Below, one piece after another: positions 28,351 through 37,936 of a stretch of 64,000 nt of DNA. The notes under the pieces were generated by a model. The model made no database searches. It saw only the letters and a list, made by a program, of their open reading frames with translations, and was not told where the DNA came from. The stretch is taken from NCBI RefSeq assembly GCF_039969785.1, contig NZ_JBDVNC010000003.1, positions 513 to 64,512 of the forward strand, given 5' to 3'. This DNA comes from Shimia sp. Its GTDB lineage: Bacteria > Pseudomonadota > Alphaproteobacteria > Rhodobacterales > Rhodobacteraceae. The translations under genes were made by a program, and so were the position numbers. How positions within the stretch are numbered: the stretch's first letter is position 1; each line of letters starts with the position of its first letter.

Positions 28351-31300
28351 ATGACGATACATACCCTGACTGGTTTTGCCTTTATTCGCGACCTCTCGAC
28401 AAACGATGAGCCCGTCACGGATGTACGGACGTCCATCGAAATGCGGATTGCGGTTCCCGACAATGTGTCGGGTTTCTCATATTCCTATCTGCCCAATCAG
28501 CCCAGCGATGACGATTTTCTGGTCGACATCTCGGTCAACGATATCTTTGTCGCGTTCAATGACACCACACTGGAAGACATCGATCTTTATCCCGAAGAAA
28601 GAATAGAAGTCAGCGTGATCCAGCTCAGCTGGGGTGCGGGCAAAGTAACCCAGCTCTTGGTGGTCGATATCATCGACGAAGAGGCCGGAGAAGAAGAAGA
28701 GGCCACGCTGGCTTTCCGTATCGGCGGAGATGCCCTGCCCACGTTCAATTCGGTGGCGGATTTCACTGCGTTTGAGAACTCAATCACCAGCGATGCGTTT
28801 GTGCCCGGTTCCAGCGCGGTTGGGCCCAACAAATCCATCCTCTATGCCAACCTGCCCGGAGTGGTCAGCCAGAGCGACACTATCATCAGTGGCACCGACA
28901 ATGATGACGAGCTGGATGGCACCAATGGCAATGATGCCTTCGTGATCGGCGAAACCCGTGGCGAAGATCAGGTCAACGCCTCGGGGGGGGATGACTATAT
29001 TGTTTTCACCAGCAGCCAGAGGCCCGATTTTTATTCGATTGACTATCGCGGGATCAGCGGCCCCATCACCATCGATCTGGATGCGGATTGGGCCATCGGC
29101 ACCGTGACCAAGGCGGGGCTTGGCATCGACCATCTGATCGATGTGCATCAGGCGGCCAATTACGAGGTCGACAGTCTGGGCGGTGAAGGTGTGTTCTTTT
29201 ATGGCACCTCCGGCAATGACACGTTCAACATCAACATGGACGAAAATACTTGGATCGGCGTCCGTGGCAGCGGCGGCAATGACACGTTCAATATCGGCAA
29301 TGGTGCGAACCTGCGCATCGACTATCGCGAGGCGGCCAGTGGCATTAACGCCAACCTCAATACCGGTCTCAATACCGGTGAGGTGCGGGACGGGGATGGC
29401 GGCACCGACCAGATCATCATCGGTGCCAACAGCGATGTGCGTATCGAAATTCATGGCAGCGACAATACCGACACGATCGTGGGCAGTGGCCGCGATGAAC
29501 GTTTCATCCTGCGCGAGGGCAATGACACGCTGGATGCGGGTGGCGGATGGGATGTTTTGCGCTATGATCGCTCAGGCGTCGGCCCTGTAACGGTCAACCT
29601 GGCCACAGAGACGGCGACAGGTACATGGAATGGCAACGCCTTCACCCATTCGATTGCCGGGATCGAAGAGGTCCGCGGCTCGCGCTCTGACAGCGACAGC
29701 ATCACCGGGGATGGCAACGACAACTCGTTCCGTGGTCGCGGGGGTGACGACACGCTGAATGGCGGCGGCGGCAACGACACGCTGGTGGGCGAAGAAGGCG
29801 ATGATGTCATTGACGGCGGCGCCGGACGGGATGAGGCGCAATTCTGGATCAACCGGTCCGAGGCGACGATTACCCAGTCGGGCAACAATGCCACGGTTGT
29901 GTCGTCACTGGGCACGGATATTTTGACCAATGTAGAAGTACTGGCCTTCAATGATCAGGCAGTCGAAATCGGAACCGCCACTGCCACCCCGGGTGATGAC
30001 GTTCTGGCCCTGACCAATGGGGATGACACAATCAACGGCTTGGCCGGAAATGACGTGATCGAAGGCCGGGATGGCAATGACAGCATCATCGGCGGACAGG
30101 GCGATGACTCGCTGCGGGGCGAAAACGGCAACGACACGCTGTTTGGCGGCGAAGGCCGCGACAATCTCTATGGCCAGAACGGCAATGACCGTCTGGATGC
30201 CTCGGGCGGCAGCGCCGCGAGCCAGGGATGGGGCGATTATATCCGCCCCGGCCTGGGCAATGACACTATCATTGGCCATGCTGGTCACTGGGCCACCGAT
30301 GAGGGCGCCGATCTCAGCTATGGCGAATTGAACGGTGTTGGCGGGATCACCATCAATGTTGGTGCCGACGGCACCGGCACCGCCAACAGCGGCAATGGTC
30401 AGTCCAACGACAACTTTACCTACATTCACTACTTCGAAGGCTCACAGGACGCCGACAACATCACCGGCAGCAATGAAGATCGTTGGGAAGGCTTCTCCGG
30501 TCTTGGTGGCAATGACACGATCAATGGTCGTGGCGGTGACAACCGGGCCGATTATTCCAACGACGAAGACTGGGGCGGCGCTGCCGTCGGGATCTCGGGC
30601 ACATTCAGCTCGACCGGCAATACGATAAATGGCCAGGTACAGGATGCTTTTGGCGACACGGATACGCTGATCAATGTCAACCAGATCAGGGGCACGGATT
30701 ATGGCGACACGCTGAATGCCTCAAACAGTGACATTGGCATTCGCTTCGAAGGTGAAGATGGCAATGACGATCTGATTGGCAGTCGCGGCGATGACCGTCT
30801 GGAAGGCGACGCAGGTAATGATACGCTGATCGGCGGCGACGGGCGTGACCGGATGTATGGTGGTGATGGCAACGATCTGATTGATGCTTCGGGTGGTGCA
30901 GCCAACACGCAGGGGGACTGGGGAGATTTCATCCGGGCGGGTCTTGGACAGGACACCATTCTGGGCCACCAGGGCCTGTACAATACCGGCAACGGTGTCG
31001 ACATCTCTTACAGCGATGTCTCCGGCGTCGGTGGTCTGACCGTCACCCGGGGCGCAAATGGCAGCGGCAGTGTGGTCAGCGGCGATGGCCGGGTGAACGA
31101 CAGCTTCACCTTTATTCACGCCATCACCGGATCGCAGGACAACGACGTGTTCAATGGGTCGAACGTGGCAGGCACCCACTTTGCCGTCTGGGGCGGTCTT
31201 GGTGGCAATGACACCATCAATGGCGGATCGGGTGATGTCGACATCATCTACTTTGGTGATGACCAATGGAGCGGCGGTATCGATGCGGTGAGTGTGAACT

Positions 31301-32721
31301 TCACCAGCGCGGGCGGTGGCACGGCGATTGACGGCTTTGGCGGCCACGATACGTTCACCGGAATTGAAGGCGCGTTTGGCACCGATTTCGACGACACGCT
31401 GGATGGCAATGCCGGGGCCCAGGGGCTGTATGGCTCTGACGGCGATGACATTATCTTTGGCCGGGCTGGCAACGACGAGCTGGACGGCGGCGACGGCAAT
31501 GACGAGCTGCGTGGCGGCGAAGGCAATGACGAGATCATTGACGGCGATGGCAATGATGCGGTGTTTGGCGGCAATGGCGCGGACAACCTGATTTGGGGCC
31601 GGGGCGAAGATACCTTTGATGGCGGCAATGGCAACGATACGCTGAGAGCTGATCTGGGCGTCTACGCAGCTGATGAATTCGACGTCGAGGTTAATCTCCA
31701 GAGCGGAGAAGCCGGGGCCATTGGCAGTACGTTCAATCGCGATCAGGTAATCAGCATCGAGAATGTCATCTTCGAAAATGCCCTGATCGATGCGGCACTG
31801 ACTGGCAATGACGCAGCCAATATCCTGACATCTAATCAGGGCACCGATACGCTTTTGGGTGGGAATGGCGCGGATACGCTGAATGCGGGCGCAGGTAATG
31901 ACATCGTTGCGGGCGGCAATGGTCGCGATCTGGCCAATCTGGGTAATGGCGCGGATGTGTTCAATGACAATGCACAAGGCACCGATGCAGGCCGGGATAC
32001 GGTGTTTGGCGGTAACGGCAATGACACGATCAATGGCGGTGGCGGCTTTGACGAATTCCGGGGCGACGCCGGCAATGACTCGATTCTGGGCGGTGGCGGC
32101 TTTGACCAGCTCTTTGGCGGCGCCGGATCCGATACGCTTCTTGGCGGTTTGGGCAATGACACGGTCGGCGGCGGCGACGGACGCGACGAGGCGCGCCTGG
32201 GCAACGGCTTTGACGTCTTCAACGATAACGGCCAGGGCGATGACGCCGGGCGTGACACGGTGTTTGGTGGCAATGGCAATGACACGGTCAACGGTGGTGG
32301 TGGGTTCGATGAATTCTACGGCGAGGCCGGGAATGACGTACTCTTTGGCGGCAACGGGTTTGACCGGCTATTTGGCGGTGCAAATGCGGACCAACTGTTT
32401 GGCGGCGCGGGCAATGACACGTTGAACGGTGGTGTCGGTCAGGACCAGATGACAGGTGGCGCTGGGTTGGACCGGTTCGTCTTTGCGAGCGGGTTTGGCA
32501 CTGACACGATCTTTGGCTTTGATGCCGCGGATGGAGAGAAGATCAACCTCGCTGGCGTGGGCGCAATCACGGATTTCGCAGATCTGGTGATGAACCATCT
32601 TGAAGACGCAAGCGGTACGGCGCGGATTGTGGCAGGGACGAATTCGATCCTGCTTGATGGGGTGAATTTTGCCGATGTGGGTATCGGACTGGCCTATTCA
32701 GGAGATGATTTCATCTTCTGA
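28351..32721 (+). CDS. RTX calcium-binding secreted protein (1456 aa), unknown N-terminal domain and internal duplications
   Basis: GGAG SD; numerous GGxGxDxL nonapeptides; C-terminus YSGDDFIF. Confidence 0.92.
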   Translation: MTIHTLTGFAFIRDLSTNDEPVTDVRTSIEMRIAVPDNVSGFSYSYLPNQPSDDDFLVDISVNDIFVAFNDTTLEDIDLYPEERIEVSVIQLSWGAGKVTQLLVVDIIDEEAGEEEEATLAFRIGGDALPTFNSVADFTAFENSITSDAFVPGSSAVGPNKSILYANLPGVVSQSDTIISGTDNDDELDGTNGNDAFVIGETRGEDQVNASGGDDYIVFTSSQRPDFYSIDYRGISGPITIDLDADWAIGTVTKAGLGIDHLIDVHQAANYEVDSLGGEGVFFYGTSGNDTFNINMDENTWIGVRGSGGNDTFNIGNGANLRIDYREAASGINANLNTGLNTGEVRDGDGGTDQIIIGANSDVRIEIHGSDNTDTIVGSGRDERFILREGNDTLDAGGGWDVLRYDRSGVGPVTVNLATETATGTWNGNAFTHSIAGIEEVRGSRSDSDSITGDGNDNSFRGRGGDDTLNGGGGNDTLVGEEGDDVIDGGAGRDEAQFWINRSEATITQSGNNATVVSSLGTDILTNVEVLAFNDQAVEIGTATATPGDDVLALTNGDDTINGLAGNDVIEGRDGNDSIIGGQGDDSLRGENGNDTLFGGEGRDNLYGQNGNDRLDASGGSAASQGWGDYIRPGLGNDTIIGHAGHWATDEGADLSYGELNGVGGITINVGADGTGTANSGNGQSNDNFTYIHYFEGSQDADNITGSNEDRWEGFSGLGGNDTINGRGGDNRADYSNDEDWGGAAVGISGTFSSTGNTINGQVQDAFGDTDTLINVNQIRGTDYGDTLNASNSDIGIRFEGEDGNDDLIGSRGDDRLEGDAGNDTLIGGDGRDRMYGGDGNDLIDASGGAANTQGDWGDFIRAGLGQDTILGHQGLYNTGNGVDISYSDVSGVGGLTVTRGANGSGSVVSGDGRVNDSFTFIHAITGSQDNDVFNGSNVAGTHFAVWGGLGGNDTINGGSGDVDIIYFGDDQWSGGIDAVSVNFTSAGGGTAIDGFGGHDTFTGIEGAFGTDFDDTLDGNAGAQGLYGSDGDDIIFGRAGNDELDGGDGNDELRGGEGNDEIIDGDGNDAVFGGNGADNLIWGRGEDTFDGGNGNDTLRADLGVYAADEFDVEVNLQSGEAGAIGSTFNRDQVISIENVIFENALIDAALTGNDAANILTSNQGTDTLLGGNGADTLNAGAGNDIVAGGNGRDLANLGNGADVFNDNAQGTDAGRDTVFGGNGNDTINGGGGFDEFRGDAGNDSILGGGGFDQLFGGAGSDTLLGGLGNDTVGGGDGRDEARLGNGFDVFNDNGQGDDAGRDTVFGGNGNDTVNGGGGFDEFYGEAGNDVLFGGNGFDRLFGGANADQLFGGAGNDTLNGGVGQDQMTGGAGLDRFVFASGFGTDTIFGFDAADGEKINLAGVGAITDFADLVMNHLEDASGTARIVAGTNSILLDGVNFADVGIGLAYSGDDFIF

Positions 32722-32753
32722 AGTTGACCCTTACTTCAAGCAACACGTAATTG

Positions 32754-32783
32754 AGCCCCAGAATGCAAATTCTGGGGCTTTTT
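32754..32783 (+). terminator. Rho-independent terminator
   Basis: AGCCCCAGAAT-GCAA-ATTCTGGGGCT followed by TTTT. Confidence 0.8.
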
Positions 32784-32812
32784 CGTCATTTGGTTCTGCA
32801 ATAGTGATGCGG

Positions 32813-32841
32813 ATTTGCAAAAAATAAAGAATTTTGCAAAT
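32813..32841. promoter_or_regulatory. Candidate operator upstream of the GH12-RTX gene
   Basis: ATTTGCAAAA-N9-TTTTGCAAAT perfect 10-bp inverted repeat in an AT-rich intergenic region. Confidence 0.4.
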
Positions 32842-32976
32842 TAAAGGAGTGAAGGGAAAAGCAGACGCATTCGTTTACTAGTATGATGCTACAAACTTGC
32901 CTGTATGGTCTGATTTGCATCGTTACCATACGAGAGTGGTCGGCAGGACATTTGAATTAGGGAGCTCGCGAAGCGC

Positions 32977-35900
32977 ATGATTACCATTACAGAAGACGAC
33001 AATGTCTGGATCGGAGACGCGTGGTATGCCCATAACAACGCTTGGAACCGGGGCGACCTGATCAACGGAACGGATTACACACAATCGATCACCCTGACCG
33101 AGAGTACCTTTCCCCAAGGTGTCACGATGGCCTGGGACTGGCCCAACACCAACGAAGACTATGTCTATGCTTATCCGGAACTGACCATCGGTCAGAAGCC
33201 ATGGATCGACCTGCCCACCACGTATGACCATTTCCCGATCAAGGTCGACGACATCGTCAATCTCGATCTGAACTTCGACATGGATTGGACACAGGACGCC
33301 GATAGTGACTTTTTCATCGCGGTCTCGCTCTGGCTGTCCAACGACCCGGACGGCGATATCTTTTCCACCGAAAACGAGATCATGGTCTGGTTGAAACCCA
33401 AGGATTCCGATCCTGCGGGCGTAAACACCGCCGTGACCGGCACTGACGGCTTGGGCACCTACCAGATCTGGATGAAAGAGGACCAAACCGACACGTCGGG
33501 TCAACAGACCCATGTCTGGGACTTCCTGTCGCCCACCTATAACGCCAACCTCAAAAACGGCACGCTCGACATCGATGCGATGCTGAACAACATGGTCAAC
33601 AGCGGCCTCGTCAGCTCAGGCCTTTGGTTAACCAGCGTCGAGATCGGCGCCGAGGTTGTTTATGGCAGCGGCAGCCTGACCATCAATGATCTCAGCCTGG
33701 ATCTGCAGGAAGTCGGCGGGCTGGGTAGTGAGCACACCGGCGATGGAAACGCCAACACGCTCAATGGACGTCATGGCGATGACACGATCCGTGGCCTTGG
33801 CGGTGACGACACGCTCTTGGGGATGAGCGGCAATGACACTATTCATGGCGGTGGAGGCGCTGATTCGCTGGATGGTGGCAGCGGCAATGACACGCTCAAT
33901 GCCGGCAACGACAGCGCGAGCGACACAATCAACCCTGGTAAAGGCAATGATCTGATTCAGATGAGCGGCACTAGCGGCGTCTGGGATCTGTTGTTCGTCT
34001 CCGAAAGCGGCACCAAGACGGTGACCGGCACCGGCCCGGGTACGGACAGCGAAGGCATTCTGATCGGTCACCAGATGGCCTTTACCGGTCAGCGCAGCGG
34101 CATGACCGTCGATTTTGCCGCAGGCACGGCGACCAATTCCGATGTTACGGTCGATTTCTCGGGTGCGCTTGTGTTCAACCTTGCGGGTGGATCAGGCCAT
34201 GATGACACCTTTATGGGCGGCAACACGACCTTTGATCACTGGGAACAATTTATCGGATTTGGCGGCAACGACACGTTCAACGGGGGCGATGGCATCGATG
34301 CCGTCAGCTTTGGCGCCGAGATCGAGACCGGTTATTGGGATGCGCCGCGTACGATCCAGTATCTGGGCACACAAGGCGCAGTGGTCGACTTGGGGCTGGG
34401 CACTGGCACGGACACCTACGGCGACACCGATACCTATATCGACATCGAAGCCTTGGTCGGCACTGATCTGGATGACAGCTTTACCGGTGGTGCCGAGGAC
34501 AACTTCTTTGTTGGCAATGATGGCAGTGATACCCTCAATGGTGGCGATGGCGACGACGCCTTCCTAGGCGGTGCCGGCGCAGACCAAATTGACGGGGGGG
34601 CCGGCAACGACACGATCAGCTTTGCCCGGGAGATCCTGCAGCTGGGCGGCACCCAGGGTGTGAATGTAAACCTCTCCACCGGTGTCACCACCGATACATT
34701 CGGCAATGTTGACAACATCCGCAATGTGGAAGCCATCACCGGCACCGACATGGCCGATTCCTTTATCGGCAGTGCTGCGGGCGAACGTTTTGCCGGTCTC
34801 ACCGGCAATGATCGCTTTGCCATGGGCAATGGTAACGATGAGGCATTCGGCGACAATGGGTTCGATACGATCGATGGTGGCAAGGGCCGCGACACGCTTG
34901 TGGGCGGCAAGGGCAATGACAGTGTTGTAGGCGGCGACGGTAATGATGAGGTCAGCGGCAATAACGGCAATGACCGGCTGTTTGGCGGCATTGGCAATGA
35001 CAAGATCTTTGGTGGGTTCGGCAATGACTTTGCCATGGGTGGCGGTGGATTTGACTCAATCTATGGCGGGGATGGCAACGACACGCTCGAAGGTTTCAAC
35101 GGCAACGACTTCTTGCTCGCCGGAGGTGGCAACGATGTTCTGAGCGGTGGCGAAGGCAACGATACGCTGAACGGGGGGAGCGGGCTTGACCAGGTGTTCG
35201 GAGGAGGGGGCAATGACACGATCTATGGCGATGTCGGCGCCGACACGCTTGAGGGGCAGGCTGGCAATGACAGCCTGTTGGCCGGGCTTGGCAACGACGT
35301 CCTTTGGGGTCATGCCGACGATGACACGCTTGTCGGAGCGGGCGGGGCTGACCGACTGAATGGCGGCGCGGGTGCCGACTCGCTCATGGGAGGGCTGGGT
35401 AATGACCTCCTGATTGGCTATGACGGGGCCGATACGTTGATTGGCGATGACGGTACCGACACGCTCAATGGCGGGGCTGATAATGACTTGCTGCTGGACA
35501 ATGCAGAGGGCGGCCCGGTGGGCAATGACCTCTTCAATGGCGGGGCTGGCAATGACACGATCCGGGCCTCAGGCGGGGCCGACACACTCAATGGCGGGAA
35601 TCAGAACGATCTGATGTATGGTGGTGACGGCGGTGACAGTATCTATGGCAGCAACGGGGCTGACACGATTTATGGCAATGCCGGGCGGGACCGGATGTTT
35701 GGTGGATTCGGCAATGACGTCTTCTATGACAGCATGGTCAACAACCTCGATGGCAATGATACCTTCTTTGGCGGCGGCGGCAATGATACCGTGACCGCAG
35801 GCGGAGGGAATGACGTTGTGAACGGCGAGGCCGGCGCCGATGTATTGAATGGCAATGCAGGAAATGACACGCTGCGCGGTGGGGGTGGCAATGACACGAT

Positions 35901-37827
35901 CAACGGAAATGTCGGCAATGACACGGTTTGGGGCGGCGCAGGCCATGACAAGCTCCTTGATGCTGCTGATGCCAGCGGAAACGACTTGTTCTACGGTAAC
36001 GAGGGCGATGATACGATTGTGGCCAAAGGCGGCAATGACACCATCTGGGGCGGTGCTGGCAATGACGAAATCTCGGGCGGCACCGGCAATGATCTACTCA
36101 ATGGGGAAGACGGCAACGACACCTTCTATGGCGGAGATGGCAACGACCAGATCATCGGTGGCGGCGCTGGCATCAACGCCTTCTTTGGCGGCAACGGCGA
36201 TGATACGCTTGTGGCCGGTGCAGGTGGCGACAACCTGAATGGCGGCAATGACAATGACAGCATTGACGGCGGCGCAGGCGATGACACGCTCAACGGCCAG
36301 AACGGCAGCGACACGCTGATTGGTGGCGATGGCAATGACCGCTTTTTTGATGTGGACGAAGCTACGGGCAATGACCTGTTCAATGGCGACGCGGGCAATG
36401 ACACGATTATCGCCAAGGGCGGCAATGACACGATCAATGGCGGCGACGGCAATGACGAGGCGAACGGCGGCGCGGGCAATGATCTGGTGAACGGCGGCCT
36501 TGGCAATGACACGCTTTATGGTGGCGCGGGCAATGACAGCATCACGGGCGGTGGCACGGGCACCAACATCTTCTATGGCGGCGACGGTGCGGACACGCTC
36601 GAAGCTGGCAGCGGCGGTGACCAGCTCAACGGCGGCAACGGCAATGACAGTATTTCCGGCGGTGATGGCAATGACGAGCTCTCTGGTGGCACGGGCAATG
36701 ACCTGCTGAACGGCGGCCTTGGCAATGACACCTTCTTTGGCGGCACAGGCAACGATACGATGCGCGGTGAAGGCGGTAGCGACGAACTCAATGGCGGTGG
36801 TGGTGCTGATGATCTGCTCGGGGGAGATGTCTCGGATATCCTGAACGGTGGAGACGGCAATGACACGCTGCGCGGGGAAGCAGGCAATGACACCCTCAAC
36901 GGCAACACCGGTGTTGATCGGATGTTTGGCGGCGACGGCAATGACCTGGTTCTGGATGGTGACACGACAGCCGTGGGCGCGGATCGTGACACGCTTGAAG
37001 GCGGCGCGGGAGATGACACAATTGTTGGCCGCGCAGGTGACGACTATGCCGACGGCGGCGACGGCAACGATGAACTGTCCGGCGGCATTGGCGCGGATGA
37101 GCTGATCTCGCTCTTGGGCAACAACGCCTTCTTTGGCGGAGGCGGTAATGACACGCTCACCGCAGGTACGGGCAACGACACGCTCAACGGTGGCGACGGC
37201 AATGACAGCATGACCGGCGGTGCCGGTGACGACACGCTGTCAGGCAGCAACGGCAATGACACGCTGGATGGCGGCGAAGGGGGTGGCGAACTCTCTGGTG
37301 GGACAGGCAATGACCTGATCATCAGCGGCACCGGTACTTCACTTGCCTTAGGCGGCGATGGTGCCGATACAATCACCTCAGCCGGTGGGGCCGACACGCT
37401 TAACGGCGGCGAAGGCAATGACAGCATCGTAGCAACCGGCGCCAGCGACCGCAGCATCTACGGGGGTGGCGGCAACGACATCATCGTGGGCGGCGAGGGC
37501 AATGACGAGTTCTTTGGCGGCGGGGGTGATGACACCATGACAGGTGGTGCAGGCAACGACACGATGCAGGGTGCGGCGGGCAATGACGTCTTTGTCTTCA
37601 CCGACAATGCGGTCAACAACGAAGATGACCGCCTGCGCGAGTTCGATGCCAATGGCGACCTGATGGACCTGTCCGGGATCACCAGTGTCACCGGATACCT
37701 CCAAGGCTTTACCGTCAGCAGATGGGCTTCGTTCGGTACCGAGGTCGAAATTACCGCCACGGGTGATCTGATCCGGCTCGGAGGTGTCTCGGTCACCGAC
37801 ATCAACCAGGATGACTTTATCTTCTGA
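32977..37827 (+). CDS. GH12-like glycoside hydrolase fused to a long RTX region (1616 aa)
   Basis: N-terminal ~240 aa has NNAW, WDWP, YAYPEL, NEIMVWL (nucleophile Glu) and EIGAEV (acid/base Glu); followed by more than 1000 aa of GGxGxD repeats, ending DDFIF. Confidence 0.85.
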   Translation: MITITEDDNVWIGDAWYAHNNAWNRGDLINGTDYTQSITLTESTFPQGVTMAWDWPNTNEDYVYAYPELTIGQKPWIDLPTTYDHFPIKVDDIVNLDLNFDMDWTQDADSDFFIAVSLWLSNDPDGDIFSTENEIMVWLKPKDSDPAGVNTAVTGTDGLGTYQIWMKEDQTDTSGQQTHVWDFLSPTYNANLKNGTLDIDAMLNNMVNSGLVSSGLWLTSVEIGAEVVYGSGSLTINDLSLDLQEVGGLGSEHTGDGNANTLNGRHGDDTIRGLGGDDTLLGMSGNDTIHGGGGADSLDGGSGNDTLNAGNDSASDTINPGKGNDLIQMSGTSGVWDLLFVSESGTKTVTGTGPGTDSEGILIGHQMAFTGQRSGMTVDFAAGTATNSDVTVDFSGALVFNLAGGSGHDDTFMGGNTTFDHWEQFIGFGGNDTFNGGDGIDAVSFGAEIETGYWDAPRTIQYLGTQGAVVDLGLGTGTDTYGDTDTYIDIEALVGTDLDDSFTGGAEDNFFVGNDGSDTLNGGDGDDAFLGGAGADQIDGGAGNDTISFAREILQLGGTQGVNVNLSTGVTTDTFGNVDNIRNVEAITGTDMADSFIGSAAGERFAGLTGNDRFAMGNGNDEAFGDNGFDTIDGGKGRDTLVGGKGNDSVVGGDGNDEVSGNNGNDRLFGGIGNDKIFGGFGNDFAMGGGGFDSIYGGDGNDTLEGFNGNDFLLAGGGNDVLSGGEGNDTLNGGSGLDQVFGGGGNDTIYGDVGADTLEGQAGNDSLLAGLGNDVLWGHADDDTLVGAGGADRLNGGAGADSLMGGLGNDLLIGYDGADTLIGDDGTDTLNGGADNDLLLDNAEGGPVGNDLFNGGAGNDTIRASGGADTLNGGNQNDLMYGGDGGDSIYGSNGADTIYGNAGRDRMFGGFGNDVFYDSMVNNLDGNDTFFGGGGNDTVTAGGGNDVVNGEAGADVLNGNAGNDTLRGGGGNDTINGNVGNDTVWGGAGHDKLLDAADASGNDLFYGNEGDDTIVAKGGNDTIWGGAGNDEISGGTGNDLLNGEDGNDTFYGGDGNDQIIGGGAGINAFFGGNGDDTLVAGAGGDNLNGGNDNDSIDGGAGDDTLNGQNGSDTLIGGDGNDRFFDVDEATGNDLFNGDAGNDTIIAKGGNDTINGGDGNDEANGGAGNDLVNGGLGNDTLYGGAGNDSITGGGTGTNIFYGGDGADTLEAGSGGDQLNGGNGNDSISGGDGNDELSGGTGNDLLNGGLGNDTFFGGTGNDTMRGEGGSDELNGGGGADDLLGGDVSDILNGGDGNDTLRGEAGNDTLNGNTGVDRMFGGDGNDLVLDGDTTAVGADRDTLEGGAGDDTIVGRAGDDYADGGDGNDELSGGIGADELISLLGNNAFFGGGGNDTLTAGTGNDTLNGGDGNDSMTGGAGDDTLSGSNGNDTLDGGEGGGELSGGTGNDLIISGTGTSLALGGDGADTITSAGGADTLNGGEGNDSIVATGASDRSIYGGGGNDIIVGGEGNDEFFGGGGDDTMTGGAGNDTMQGAAGNDVFVFTDNAVNNEDDRLREFDANGDLMDLSGITSVTGYLQGFTVSRWASFGTEVEITATGDLIRLGGVSVTDINQDDFIF

Positions 37828-37867
37828 TCCGGGCAAACGTCCCTTCTGACATGTCAGCATGAAAGCG

Positions 37868-37897
37868 CCGGGCCCTGATCATTGGGGCCCGGTTTTT
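37868..37897 (+). terminator. Rho-independent terminator
   Basis: CCGGGCCC-N9-GGGCCCGG followed by TTTTT. Confidence 0.7.
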
Positions 37898-37936
37898 CTT
37901 TGCACATTCTCTAGGTTGTGACACACTTCTTAGGCA

